Source: Escherichia coli
GTDB taxonomy: Bacteria; Pseudomonadota; Gammaproteobacteria; Enterobacterales; Enterobacteriaceae
Assembly: GCF_024700885.2 (NCBI RefSeq)
Contig: NZ_CP117014.1
DNA length: 64,000 nt
Strand: one strand, 5' to 3'
Part shown: positions 1-9,898 of the stretch, piece after piece
Layout of the letters: every line of letters starts with the position of its first letter
Position numbering within the stretch: position 1 is the stretch's first letter
Translations under genes and position numbers: made by a program
Notes under the pieces: model-generated
The model's database searches: none
What the model was told of the DNA's origin: nothing
Seen by the model: the letters and a program-made list of their open reading frames with translations, nothing else

Positions 1-861
1 ATGGATAAGTCATTTATCTCTGATATTCTTTATGCTGACATTGAAAGCAAGGCTAAAGAATTAACAGTTAATTCGAACAATACTGTTCAACCTGTCGCAC
101 TTATGCGGCTTGGTGTTTTCGTCCCTAAACCAACTAAAAAACAGGGTGAAAACAACGAGATAGATGCATCATCTGTTTTTTCCAAATTGGAAATAGCTCA
201 AGCAGAAGGCTACGACAACATCAAGATCACTGGCCCTCGCTTGGACATGGATACTGATTTCAAAGTCTGGATTGGGGTAATCTACTCATTTAGCAAGTAT
301 GGCTTATCATCGAATACAATTCGCCTTTCTTTTCAAGAATTTGCAAAGGCGTGCGGATTTCCATCTAAGCGACTTGATGGGAAATTAAGAAACACGATCC
401 ACGATTCTTTAGGTCGGTTACGCAACAAAGGCATCTCATTCAAAAGAGGGAAAAGTGCTCGTGGAAGCTACAATACTGGCCTGCTTAAAACGGGATATTT
501 TGACTTTGAAACAGATGTCGTTGAACTGGAGGCTGATTCCAAGTTATGGGAAATCTTCCAGCTAGACTATCGGGTGCTTCTACAGCAACACGCACTTCGC
601 GCTTTACCTAAAAAAGAAGCAGCCCAGGCCATATATACCTTTATAGAAAGCCTCCCGGCACGTCCAATACCTATTTCATTTGCCAGAATACGTGAAAGAT
701 TAGCCTTGATGTCATCGGTAAGTGAGCAAAACAGAACGATAAAAAAAGCTATAGACCAGTTAAAAACAATAGGTTATCTCGATTGCACCATTGAAAAGCA
801 AGGTCGTGAAAACTTCATTATCGTTCACTCTCGGAATCCGAAACTTAAACCAACAGATTAA
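1..861 (+). CDS. repA: Plasmid replication initiator RepA (P1-type, iteron-binding)
   Basis: 286-aa ORF starting at window position 1; protein recognisably P1 RepA-like; immediately followed by an array of ~19-bp iterons. Confidence 0.85.
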   Translation: MDKSFISDILYADIESKAKELTVNSNNTVQPVALMRLGVFVPKPTKKQGENNEIDASSVFSKLEIAQAEGYDNIKITGPRLDMDTDFKVWIGVIYSFSKYGLSSNTIRLSFQEFAKACGFPSKRLDGKLRNTIHDSLGRLRNKGISFKRGKSARGSYNTGLLKTGYFDFETDVVELEADSKLWEIFQLDYRVLLQQHALRALPKKEAAQAIYTFIESLPARPIPISFARIRERLALMSSVSEQNRTIKKAIDQLKTIGYLDCTIEKQGRENFIIVHSRNPKLKPTD

Positions 862-1084
862 ATGTGTGCTGAAGGGATAGTTTCATGTCTGGATGTGTGG
901 TGGAGGGAATTTCAGAGGATTGCTTATTTCAGATGTGTGCTGGAGGGATAAATGACGCTCTTTACATGCGAAATTCCCCTCCAGCACACATGTTGCCATT
1001 ACCATTCCCTCTACAACACATCTTGAGCAATGGGGTTTCCCGGCAGCACACATTTAACGTAAACCTTTCCCTACAGCACACATA
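862..1084. repeat. Iteron array (incA-like copy-control locus), 3 direct then 4 inverted copies of ~GATGTGTGCTGGAGGGAA
   Basis: Copies read at 862-879, 892-909, 932-950 (forward) and 974-992, 1005-1022, 1038-1054, 1067-1084 (reverse); matches the P1 iteron consensus from memory. Confidence 0.8.
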
Positions 1085-1095
1085 ATTAAAGCATT

Positions 1096-1803
1096 TCAGA
1101 ATTTGATCACTCCACTGATAGCCCCCTTTAACGCACTTGTAGCCATGCCAGCGGCACCGTTGACCAAGGCAGAAACACCTGAGCCTGCAGATGTGTATTT
1201 CTGGAAAGTGATTGGGTATGACAAGAACTCTGACACCTGATCACGTGAGCGAGTGATTTCCCCAAGTTGTGTAGGAAATACGCGCATTTCTTCTTCCAGT
1301 TCTTTTCCGCCGTCCTGAGTTACCCGGTAGACACGGATTTTCATCAGATATTCCGGAGGAAGGTTTATTGTTCCATCAGGATTTGTTACACGAGAACGAC
1401 GCTCTTTGAACCAGTCCATGATCTTGCCATCTTCGGTATCCCTCACGGTCATAGTGACCGGTCCAGCGCTAACATAGGTTGGCTTGCTGAATTCTACGCT
1501 GCCGATCACCTTGCTTTCTGTCTCAATGTTTCCACTGCTGTAGGTGATATCCTTCACGAACATATCGAAGCCGTTCAGGCCATCCACTTCAACGGTCCAC
1601 TGCCACCCCTGGGCGTAACGGATACGCATAGCGGCAGCAACAATATTTTTCCCGTAGGCAATATCGCTACTGTAATTCCCGCTTACCCCGCCGCCTGATA
1701 TGGCTTTATCAAGAATGTCGCTAATGAGGTTGCTGGTGAATGATTTCGTGTTAAATGACAATGCGGTGGTCAACGTTCTACCAACGCTGCTGAAAATACT
1801 CAC
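1096..1803 (-). CDS. Virion morphogenesis operon protein, hypothetical (235 aa)
   Basis: GTG start preceded by GGAGG; last gene of a tightly packed minus-strand operon 8190->1096; no recognisable motif. Confidence 0.4.
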   Translation of the reverse strand: MSIFSSVGRTLTTALSFNTKSFTSNLISDILDKAISGGGVSGNYSSDIAYGKNIVAAAMRIRYAQGWQWTVEVDGLNGFDMFVKDITYSSGNIETESKVIGSVEFSKPTYVSAGPVTMTVRDTEDGKIMDWFKERRSRVTNPDGTINLPPEYLMKIRVYRVTQDGGKELEEEMRVFPTQLGEITRSRDQVSEFLSYPITFQKYTSAGSGVSALVNGAAGMATSALKGAISGVIKF

Positions 1804-1818
1804 TCTGCGCCTCCAGCG

Positions 1819-2370
1819 TTAAAAAATGGTAGCCCCCGGAATAATGGCCCGGTTTGAGGACATTTTTTCCTCAATCTCCTGCACGCGGGCATATAGCGTG
1901 GCTTCATCGGGCAGATCGGAGTAGTCAAATTTCCCGTCGATGGACGCTCTACGCTGCCGGGCGACATTTCTTACATTGATAAGCGCCTCCAGATATTCCT
2001 CCAGCATTCCAATGATTGCAGGAGGCACTTGCCATTCATCCAGCTTTCTGTCGCGTAGATTAACCAGATACAGCATTCGAAAAGGCCAGCGTTCTGAACC
2101 TGTTAGCTCTAATTCAATAAATCCGGATAATTCATCCGAATAGACCAACAGGCCATTGTTGTCGGTAACATGAACCAGAGAGAGATAATCTTCTGGTAAT
2201 GGGATTGCAGTACCACCAGCTTTTTCAAGTTTTAACGTTTTCACTACCCCTGCCCTGTCCTGATACGTGGTCAGAGCTTTGATCAGGAAGGCTTTCAGCG
2301 TTTCTTCTTCACGCACAAGCAGTGGATTAAATCGTACTTTAACGCTTTCTAATAATTCGGTTGGTGTCAT
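1819..2370 (-). CDS. Virion morphogenesis operon protein, hypothetical (183 aa)
   Basis: ORF in structural operon; short intergenic spacing. Confidence 0.4.
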   Translation of the reverse strand: MTPTELLESVKVRFNPLLVREEETLKAFLIKALTTYQDRAGVVKTLKLEKAGGTAIPLPEDYLSLVHVTDNNGLLVYSDELSGFIELELTGSERWPFRMLYLVNLRDRKLDEWQVPPAIIGMLEEYLEALINVRNVARQRRASIDGKFDYSDLPDEATLYARVQEIEEKMSSNRAIIPGATIF

Positions 2371-2422
2371 CGTACCTACAACTCAAATACAAGGAGTTCC
2401 CGCCACAAGGGCGGGAAAGAGA

Positions 2423-2914
2423 TCACTCTACCCAGTTGTAAACAATACGCAGGGAAGGCTTAACGACTGCTGTTACGTCTTCGGTGGAGAAGTCCACTGC
2501 GTCGGAATACACTTTGCAGTGATAATATGTGCGGATCAGACCTTTATGGTTACCGCTATTGGATTCAGCCGCTGCCTGTAAGGTAATTTCCAGATATTCT
2601 TTGCCATATACCATTTGTTTTACGGCGGCCAGAACATCCCCTTCGATGGTTTCAGAGCAGGTAACCTGGAATTCACCTGAGTTACGCAATGGCCCGTGCT
2701 GGTTGATCTTCATGCCGCCAGGACCATAGTCTTCCACGTCTTCGCGAGTCATTTCCGGCAACTGAGTGGTACGAACAAGTACAGATAGTTTTTCGTAACC
2801 TTTAATAGTCATCCAGAATTCTGAACCAATAAGTTTTTCGCCCGCTGCCAGGTTTTTGTTCAACCGGGATTTCAGAAAAGCGATATCGGCTTTTGTATTT
2901 GCAAAACCGGACAT
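2423..2914 (-). CDS. Virion structural protein, possibly tail tube-like (163 aa)
   Basis: Size and position downstream of a large structural protein resemble myovirus tube genes; assignment is by context only. Confidence 0.3.
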   Translation of the reverse strand: MSGFANTKADIAFLKSRLNKNLAAGEKLIGSEFWMTIKGYEKLSVLVRTTQLPEMTREDVEDYGPGGMKINQHGPLRNSGEFQVTCSETIEGDVLAAVKQMVYGKEYLEITLQAAAESNSGNHKGLIRTYYHCKVYSDAVDFSTEDVTAVVKPSLRIVYNWVE

Positions 2915-2922
2915 AAATACTC

Positions 2923-3513
2923 CTACACAAAAACAGATGATATGTTGCTACGGTTAATCGAGGTGTTTCCGCTGCATTGCAGGGTTACCGTGTTATGAGT
3001 GAAATAGCCTTCCGGTGTGCGTGGGGCGTCCAGTTGGTAACTCACGCTTTTGATAACAACGTCGGTAAGGGCTATGTTCCTACCTATGTTTAACGTTACT
3101 GTCTCCGGGCGACGACCGAATGGCGCTACATTGTTCAGTTCCGGCGATTCCATCTTCAGCAATGCTGTAATGGCTGCGTTTACTTCAAGTTGCGCGTTCG
3201 TTGTCGCCATGAAATCAATTACCAGATTAAATTCAGGCGGTTGCTGACCTTCCCAAACAAGCATTGAGTTGAAGAGGGTTTTTGTTGTTACGCCGGTTGC
3301 GGTCTGAAGCGTATCTGCAAGAGAGCCAGCCGCAGCGCTAATACCACCAAGCAAACCTCCTACTGACTGGTTTTCAAATGGTGATTGCCACATTGATGAC
3401 AGTTCTGCGGTAGATCCTTCACCGATATAACCGACGACCATATCCTCTGAAGAGAGGATATAAACCTTCATTAACGGACTTATTCCGTCAGGCATTATCG
3501 CGCCGCAAATCAA
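2923..3513 (-). CDS. Virion morphogenesis operon protein, hypothetical (196 aa)
   Basis: ORF in structural operon. Confidence 0.4.
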   Translation of the reverse strand: MICGAIMPDGISPLMKVYILSSEDMVVGYIGEGSTAELSSMWQSPFENQSVGGLLGGISAAAGSLADTLQTATGVTTKTLFNSMLVWEGQQPPEFNLVIDFMATTNAQLEVNAAITALLKMESPELNNVAPFGRRPETVTLNIGRNIALTDVVIKSVSYQLDAPRTPEGYFTHNTVTLQCSGNTSINRSNISSVFV

Positions 3514-3562
3514 ACGCTATTTCTCCCAGGTAGAGGCCACCTTTGCAGACGGCCTATGTCAC

Positions 3563-4303
3563 TTACAAACCGCGTTTTTTGCGAATGCGCATTGATTTTT
3601 TGCGGTTGATATTCGCTACGGATGTATGTGCTTTGCGGCGTGCTTTTTTCAGCGCCTGTTTTTGCAATGACGTCATGCGGCGAGGACGCGGGCGTTTACG
3701 GATGATGGTTACCTTGCCATCACGAACCACTTTTTTACGTACCGCTTCCAGCATTGCGCTATCACCACCAGCAACGGTGTAAATGGCAATAGCTGTTTCC
3801 ATCATGTCGGTGTCGCTTTCGGAAAGAGCGTCATAAACACGTTCGGCAGCTGAGTCATCTTCATCGTCGATCATTTCGGTTACATCATCCTGATCAGCGC
3901 CAAGCGCAACAGCTGCATCAGCAAGAGCTGCGAGTGCATCGTTATAAGCATCGATTTGCTCATCGGTGAAATCGGTGTCTTCATCGATATCAGCCAGGCC
4001 AGCCATAGTGATTGCTAATGCATCAAATGAGTCAGCCTCCGGATCACCATCTTCAACCCAACCAGCAAGCATGGAAGCTGCCAGGCTGCGCATATCACCT
4101 TGTGCACGGGATTCAACCGCTTCCATCATCGCGGTTTCAATGTCGTCTTTGGGCTTTGGTTGAGTGTCCTTTCCTTTCTGTCCTGCGCTTTCCAGCATGG
4201 CGTTATCATTATTGTCCTGCGTGGATTTATCACCGCTTTCAAAGCAGCCAGAACCGAAAATCGCACGCATAAAAGGATCAGCAGTATAATTTTTCATATT
4301 CAA
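3563..4303 (-). CDS. Acidic virion protein with strongly basic C-terminal tail (246 aa)
   Basis: D/E-rich central region followed by K/R-rich C-terminus (KRPRPRR...RKKRGL); composition typical of internal or DNA-associated virion proteins. Confidence 0.35.
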   Translation of the reverse strand: MNMKNYTADPFMRAIFGSGCFESGDKSTQDNNDNAMLESAGQKGKDTQPKPKDDIETAMMEAVESRAQGDMRSLAASMLAGWVEDGDPEADSFDALAITMAGLADIDEDTDFTDEQIDAYNDALAALADAAVALGADQDDVTEMIDDEDDSAAERVYDALSESDTDMMETAIAIYTVAGGDSAMLEAVRKKVVRDGKVTIIRKRPRPRRMTSLQKQALKKARRKAHTSVANINRKKSMRIRKKRGL

Positions 4304-4340
4304 ACCTCTCTCCCCCGCATCATTTAGCGGGGGTTATAAA

Positions 4341-5999
4341 TCAGCGCATCAGAATTGGCTTACCGACGATTCGGCGAGCTGTACCGGTCGGACAAACAGA
4401 CCAGGACACTTCCCACAGATCGATGTCCTTTTGGACAACCTGAACAACGTATGGATCTTCACCCTGGGACTTGTCACGTGGAGTAACCAGCGCACCGGCT
4501 GCAACGTAACGGTCAAGCAATTCAGTCATTGCTTTCATTAGCGTTTCTTTGGTAATGCCATCCGGTTCGTGCTTAATCGCCTGAGCTACTTCATAGAAAT
4601 CTCTGGCGATGGCGTTCATCAAGGAAGACACATGCTGGAATCGCAGATAGTTGTTTTTGCTGTAAGTTGTTAAAGAGTCGTCAATGTAAACGGACCCGTC
4701 AGCAGCAACTGAAACTGGATTAATGCGCGCAAGAACGAACGCTTCACGATCAACTGCACCGATATTTGGAATTCGGGCAATGTTCTGTCGATCAATAATC
4801 GCGCGTGATATACCTGCCGGTGCGTAATGCCAACCACCAACATCCGGTACCAGCGCCACTCCTTTTGCCTTCGCTACGAATGCGTCGCAGCTAATGCCAT
4901 AGACGACATTCATTCCAGTGAAAGTATCTCGGCAGGAGAGTGGGAAGTAGTAACGGCTTGGTTGATGTGAGCCGCCAAAACTATGGCTTTTCGCTTCTGA
5001 AATAGCGTTTTCAGGTGTCTGGTTGCCCTTCAGGTCATAGAACATGTCTACGCGAACATCTTCAGCCAGCTTTTTGATTGCGGCTAAGGCGGATGCGTCA
5101 TAACAACCCAATGACAGCAATGCGGTGTAATTAACCTCTGAAGCTTCGAGAACCTTTAATGCTTCCAGATAGTCTGCAGCGTTAATTTCGGACAGATTTC
5201 CATCAGTACCACCTTCAAAAGCTACATCCTCAAAAATGAGTTGAGCAGCGGATGCTTCTGCATTATCTGCCAGTACGGCACCAATGCGAGAGGACTGGCT
5301 TTCAAGCAGTGTCGGAATCCATGCTGGTTGGCCCATGTCGTTGGTGCCTTCTGGATTGAAAGACACTTGGTGGCTTTCCAGCACCTCAATGGACCCATCG
5401 GTTTGTTTTTCTTTCAGCGTCAGCGTAAAGAGTTCGCTTTCTTCATCATCGCGAGTTAGTGATAACGTACGATTTTGAGATGCATCACCATCTTTGATGA
5501 AGAATAATGCCTTCTCTCCACCTTTAATCTGGGGCGTCTCTTTGGGTGTGAAGGTCACTGATTGAGTCGTTGCAGTTGAAGCAACACCAACGCTTAATGT
5601 GTCACCTGGATTTACTGTGGTTTCAGTAGGTTCAACGGAAAGTTCTTTGCTCGCCTTTGCCGCTTTTGCTTTGCCCACAACGGAAACAGAAATACCCGGC
5701 ACCTTCATGTCTTTAGCGCAAACTCGAACGACATATCCAGAGCCGCCTTTTACTGCACGCTCCACGTGGCGATATGGTTCAAATGCCGCGCCCTGGCGAG
5801 GGTGAATCGGTGAACCTAATACGCTTTGATAAGTCGTATCGTCAACTTTCAGTACCTTACCCGGTGCGCCACGACGCGATATTACAAGCCCAGCAAAGAC
5901 GGATGCGCCACCGCTGGTATTGGTGAGGGTAGCGTCAGCATTTACTGACATTACAGCAACGCCAGCTGCCTGCCCTACCGAAAAACTAATCTTATTCAT
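4341..5999 (-). CDS. Large virion structural protein (552 aa), possibly contractile tail sheath
   Basis: Large ORF in structural operon followed by a 163-aa tube-sized gene further downstream; identity unverified. Confidence 0.35.
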   Translation of the reverse strand: MNKISFSVGQAAGVAVMSVNADATLTNTSGGASVFAGLVISRRGAPGKVLKVDDTTYQSVLGSPIHPRQGAAFEPYRHVERAVKGGSGYVVRVCAKDMKVPGISVSVVGKAKAAKASKELSVEPTETTVNPGDTLSVGVASTATTQSVTFTPKETPQIKGGEKALFFIKDGDASQNRTLSLTRDDEESELFTLTLKEKQTDGSIEVLESHQVSFNPEGTNDMGQPAWIPTLLESQSSRIGAVLADNAEASAAQLIFEDVAFEGGTDGNLSEINAADYLEALKVLEASEVNYTALLSLGCYDASALAAIKKLAEDVRVDMFYDLKGNQTPENAISEAKSHSFGGSHQPSRYYFPLSCRDTFTGMNVVYGISCDAFVAKAKGVALVPDVGGWHYAPAGISRAIIDRQNIARIPNIGAVDREAFVLARINPVSVAADGSVYIDDSLTTYSKNNYLRFQHVSSLMNAIARDFYEVAQAIKHEPDGITKETLMKAMTELLDRYVAAGALVTPRDKSQGEDPYVVQVVQKDIDLWEVSWSVCPTGTARRIVGKPILMR

Positions 6000-6066
6000 G
6001 CTGGTTCTTATCCTCTAAAGCGAGAGAACGAGGCAAGGCTACCCACGGTTAATGGGCAGCCTCTGA

Positions 6067-6345
6067 TCAGGATTGGCTTACCGTGAAGTTATCGCCTACG
6101 GTTACTTCTTTCGTAGTTGGTTCAACACTGACGGTGCTTACGCTTTTATGTGCCTCCCTAACAGTGACTGTGCACTGTGCGGTTTTATTGCCGTCATTTG
6201 TTTTGATTGTCAGCACTGCCTGCCCGACCTTAAGAGCGGTACATGTAGTGCCATCAACCCGGACAATATCAGGGTGATCTGACTCAACAGTGAAAGATTT
6301 GTCTGTTGCGTCAGATGGCGTGATAGTTACTTGAATGTTTGCCAT
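6067..6345 (-). CDS. Small Ig-like (BIG2-type) domain protein, probable virion decoration or accessory protein
   Basis: 92-aa T/V/S-rich beta-strand pattern typical of bacterial Ig-like domains; AGGAG RBS; preceded by a stem-loop at ~6358-6385. Confidence 0.4.
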   Translation of the reverse strand: MANIQVTITPSDATDKSFTVESDHPDIVRVDGTTCTALKVGQAVLTIKTNDGNKTAQCTVTVREAHKSVSTVSVEPTTKEVTVGDNFTVSQS

Positions 6346-6492
6346 TTTTTTCTCCTGAACGCCCCTTAATCAGGGGCGTGTTTTTGCCTTACTTCTGCTT
6401 TGTTTTTTTCTGTGCCTTTGAAGTGTTCGCGGCGATAGTTTCACCTTCATCTACGTCAAGTGACGTTGGTGATACCGACACGTTCGCCACCA

Positions 6493-8190
6493 TCACTTTT
6501 TTTCGTTAACCTTGCCTGTCAGCATGTCGATAGCACCTTCTTTGGCGCGAGTCAGACGCAGGCGGGTGAAGTAGTTTTCACCGTTGCGAGGATGTACTTC
6601 GTTGATGGCACTGCCCCAGAGAGTGGTACGGTTAACGAGAGACGGATTGGTTTCGTGCACGTAAGGGATTGCTGGGACTGCATCACCAGCAATCAGACCG
6701 GCTTTACCGATGCCTTCGCCACGCCCATAGAAGAAGATGTCATCCAGCCCGAAGTCATATCCCTGTGCCTGGAATTGCTCACAGACAGGTTGCGGCACTT
6801 CGTAAATACGAATCGTGCCAAACAGGGTGCCGATGTACTGTACATACGGCGACTGAACGTAACCTGGTGCGATCTGGAAGTGCTGTGGAGGCAGAGAGCG
6901 CAGGAAGTTCGCGGCGTCACCACCAGCAAAGCCGCCACGAATACCCGTTGTCAGGGTACGATTTGCCATTTCTTGAGACAGAGCGTTTACTACGTGACGC
7001 AGGAGGCCGACCCAGGACTCATAGTTTTGAGCTTCCGGCAGAGCCACATCAAATTCACGACCATAAACGGTATGGAATACCAGGGTGCGCAGACGCATGA
7101 TGTCGGTTTCATGGGAGATCCAGTTACGCATCGCGGAGAACTGAAGTGCCGCTAATTCAAGGCCGTGCTCACGGCTTAAATCGGATGCGGACATTACCGT
7201 GTGTTCGGAAGCAATTACGTACTGGGATGGACGAACTTCGTACTTACGCATAGCCTGGTTGATCACAGGAATCAGGCTTGGATTGCGCTCGATGTTAATT
7301 TCGACCTGAACAGCAATTTCAGTACCTTCTGGCGGAGCCTGGGTAAATGTAATGTCAATGACACCAGTGTCATAGGCAACTTTGGCAGTCGCTGAGAAAG
7401 CTTTACCTTTGCTGTCTTTAGCATTGAAATAAAGGTTGCCATCGCCGTCGTCAACTTTGGACGGTTTGCGGTTGATCAGCAGTTTGTTATAACCAGCGCG
7501 AAGCGGGCAGGATTGTCCCTCAAAATTTTGGATGTCGAACTGGAAGGTTTTGGTGCTGCCATCCCCTTTAGTGGAAAGGGTATACAGGCGCTTCATTTGA
7601 GAATAAACACCAGCTGACTGCATATTCAGTTCGTCACCTTGTTTGAAGGTGCCGAATTTTGTGCCTGCTACGTTGACCAGTTCATAAATATTTGACTCGT
7701 CACGATCACAAGGAACAAAAGTACAGGCATCACTGGTAGCAGCGCCCAGAGAGGCAGGCAGAATTAGAGCAGCATATTGAGCAACTTTCATTACGCCGTC
7801 AGAGCTACGCATTGATTGCGCGACAGACTCAAACATTGCCTTACCCGTGCCTTCGTGGGTATCACTGGCACATTCAGTCATCAGGCGCTCAAGAGCCATG
7901 TGTGCGTTCGCCAGGATGTCACTTGCCGGGTAATGACCATGTTGACGTTTATACTCATGCAGAGACATAGCCCACCCACCAGTGATCTGACGAGCGACCT
8001 CTGGATTTACGCCTTCAAACATAGGCACTTTCTGGATTGCTTTATCCAGGTTTTCCATCATTACTGCCTGGTCAGCAATCATGTTGCCTGCTGCATCGGT
8101 GGTCGGATCGACGGTCATAGCCATGACGCTTGCCGCCCGATTCATAATCTCGCGCTCGCGATCACGAGCTGGCTGAATGTTTTTATTCAC
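6493..8190 (-). CDS. Large virion structural protein (565 aa), possibly major head protein
   Basis: First and largest gene of the morphogenesis operon; dispersed motif copy upstream (8317-8335); P1 gp23-like by position only. Confidence 0.35.
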   Translation of the reverse strand: MNKNIQPARDREREIMNRAASVMAMTVDPTTDAAGNMIADQAVMMENLDKAIQKVPMFEGVNPEVARQITGGWAMSLHEYKRQHGHYPASDILANAHMALERLMTECASDTHEGTGKAMFESVAQSMRSSDGVMKVAQYAALILPASLGAATSDACTFVPCDRDESNIYELVNVAGTKFGTFKQGDELNMQSAGVYSQMKRLYTLSTKGDGSTKTFQFDIQNFEGQSCPLRAGYNKLLINRKPSKVDDGDGNLYFNAKDSKGKAFSATAKVAYDTGVIDITFTQAPPEGTEIAVQVEINIERNPSLIPVINQAMRKYEVRPSQYVIASEHTVMSASDLSREHGLELAALQFSAMRNWISHETDIMRLRTLVFHTVYGREFDVALPEAQNYESWVGLLRHVVNALSQEMANRTLTTGIRGGFAGGDAANFLRSLPPQHFQIAPGYVQSPYVQYIGTLFGTIRIYEVPQPVCEQFQAQGYDFGLDDIFFYGRGEGIGKAGLIAGDAVPAIPYVHETNPSLVNRTTLWGSAINEVHPRNGENYFTRLRLTRAKEGAIDMLTGKVNEKK

Positions 8191-8348
8191 GGTTAAGCCC
8201 TAAATTCGGGCGCGGCGTGAAGGTTCTTTTGACGGGATAACAATACCTACTTTGTGATTTAGTCAATAGGTTTAGTAAAATAAAATCTATTAACACTCAT
8301 GTTGTTATGTGATTTAATTTTAGTTTTCTAACACAAATCATTAGAGTT

Positions 8349-8741
8349 ATGGCGTATCGAATCTTTGTTTCGTATAAAAATGGCGCTAAGAGCCACTCTC
8401 TGAACACAACAAGTCGCTTTCTTGTTGAGGCGCAGTTGGCATCAATTCTTGCCGAAAGTGAGATACTCTCGCTCGCTGAACGGATCGTTATCCAGTTTTC
8501 TGGTAGAGATATACTCAATGTCCCCGCTCTCACCCCGGCCTCCGAAGTTATGGAATCAATTAAATGGCCTGTATGCGGATGTCCTGCCAGGGTTGAAGAA
8601 CCGGTAACTGCAACGCTCTACATGCCGAAAGCTGTAAGAGATTGGCTTGCTATGGTTGGCAATGGGAAAGTCAGTGCTGGACTTCGCAAGTTAATTGAAA
8701 TGGCAGATATTCCTGAGTTAAAAAATGCATGGCGACAATGA
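8349..8741 (+). CDS. Hypothetical protein (130 aa)
   Basis: ORF divergent from structural operon; motif copy immediately upstream. Confidence 0.4.
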   Translation: MAYRIFVSYKNGAKSHSLNTTSRFLVEAQLASILAESEILSLAERIVIQFSGRDILNVPALTPASEVMESIKWPVCGCPARVEEPVTATLYMPKAVRDWLAMVGNGKVSAGLRKLIEMADIPELKNAWRQ

Positions 8742-8757
8742 GTAAACAAGGGACAAA

Positions 8758-9216
8758 ATGAGTCACGTTAACCCATCAAAAACACAATATCGCTTAATGC
8801 TGGCGATCGCGTCAGCTATACCAACCAGCCTGAATCCCCCGGCAGGCTATCCCACTGTTGTTGATGATTGTTTTCAGTATTACGGAGAAGACATCCTGAG
8901 CCAGTCAAAAGCGCTCAAGCAGTTATGTAAGGCAGGTATTCTTCACTGTATCGGAGATCCGGACGATTTTGTTGTTATGCTGGCGGATCGTGACTCTTTT
9001 CTACTGTCCTGGAAAGCTGGTGCGCGCGAAGCACGTTTGGGGAATGGTATTGGTTACATAGACTATAGCGATTGTCCGCTGGCATTTGCTGGTGGATATA
9101 TGCATTGGCATGAGCGAAATAGGGGCCGTCAGCGTCAGTATCGTTTGAGTGACTTTAACGTCTGTCACGGTTTCGAAGAAGCTGACAGCCAGGACATCTG
9201 GCTTCAGGAGCCTTGA
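8758..9216 (+). CDS. Hypothetical protein (152 aa)
   Basis: ORF 16 nt downstream of previous gene, same strand. Confidence 0.4.
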   Translation: MSHVNPSKTQYRLMLAIASAIPTSLNPPAGYPTVVDDCFQYYGEDILSQSKALKQLCKAGILHCIGDPDDFVVMLADRDSFLLSWKAGAREARLGNGIGYIDYSDCPLAFAGGYMHWHERNRGRQRQYRLSDFNVCHGFEEADSQDIWLQEP

Positions 9217-9536
9217 TCCCCCTTCCCTTCCCAAATCTCCCTGTTTCTTTGGTTATTCAGTGCGTTTCGTTGGTTGCATTCGTCGATCGTGCTGAATAAC
9301 TGTTCAGCGTATGTCGGATACTTGTTTAACAGCACTGGCGTGTCTTCTGGCACTAAACAAGGGGAGTAATCAATCAGATTTGCCTGCGGCTTGCTGGTGG
9401 CTTCTACGGTAATTTTCACTGGCACGCTGGTTGATGGCTTTTGCCCGTTCCCGCTGCATCCTGATAACGTCATCAGGCACACGCACATCGTTAATCCCAG
9501 CACGGCGTAACGCATTTTCAAGGCGAGTGATTTCAT
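9204..9536 (-). CDS. Rz1-like o-spanin lipoprotein, partly embedded in the Rz reading frame
   Basis: Lipobox LSGC after a hydrophobic signal segment; out-of-frame overlap with the Rz-like ORF; likely true start near 9515. Confidence 0.45.
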   Translation of the reverse strand: MKSLALKMRYAVLGLTMCVCLMTLSGCSGNGQKPSTSVPVKITVEATSKPQANLIDYSPCLVPEDTPVLLNKYPTYAEQLFSTIDECNQRNALNNQRNREIWEGKGDQGS

Positions 9537-9843
9537 TATGGCTTTCCTCCCGTTGTTTGATTAGGTTGGCATTCAGTTCTGCTGTTTTGCGCTGGTACTC
9601 CTTTTCCAGTGCTTTAATTCTTTCGTTTTCGGTCAGCATGGCTGAGCGAGCGTTCTCACTTAACTGTAATGCGGTAGAAAGCGTGTTGTTCGTGCTTTCC
9701 AGTTGTGATTTTGAGTCTTCAAGCGATCGGACATACCTGATGTGTTCGATAACTGCCGTCGTTGTTCGGTAAATTCCAGAAATGGCTAAAACCGCAATTA
9801 CAATCAAAATTATCTTTTTCAAAACCATCCTCTTCAGGTTCAT
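9370..9843 (-). CDS. Rz-like i-spanin (N-terminal transmembrane helix plus coiled coil)
   Basis: N-terminal hydrophobic helix (IILIVIAVLAISGIY) followed by heptad-rich E/K/R/Q region; lipoprotein gene overlapping in another frame. Confidence 0.5.
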   Translation of the reverse strand: MNLKRMVLKKIILIVIAVLAISGIYRTTTAVIEHIRYVRSLEDSKSQLESTNNTLSTALQLSENARSAMLTENERIKALEKEYQRKTAELNANLIKQREESHNEITRLENALRRAGINDVRVPDDVIRMQRERAKAINQRASENYRRSHQQAAGKSD

Positions 9844-9898
9844 TTTTGGTGTTAAACATGTACCAATTCACATCCTTTTGTGTTCCTAAGTGGTGTTG

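Noticed and set aside
885-1085. 66-aa ORF in the track
   Set aside because: Lies entirely within the iteron array; its sequence is dictated by the repeats.
6355-6390. GC-rich hairpin ACGCCCC-ttaatca-GGGGCGT between the 565-aa gene and the Ig-like gene
   Set aside because: The U-tract is on the plus strand, opposite to local transcription; more likely an RNA-stability or attenuation hairpin. Not called a terminator.
6460-7155. 231-aa plus-strand ORF, and 6669..7100
   Set aside because: Antisense or overlapping within the 565-aa structural gene.
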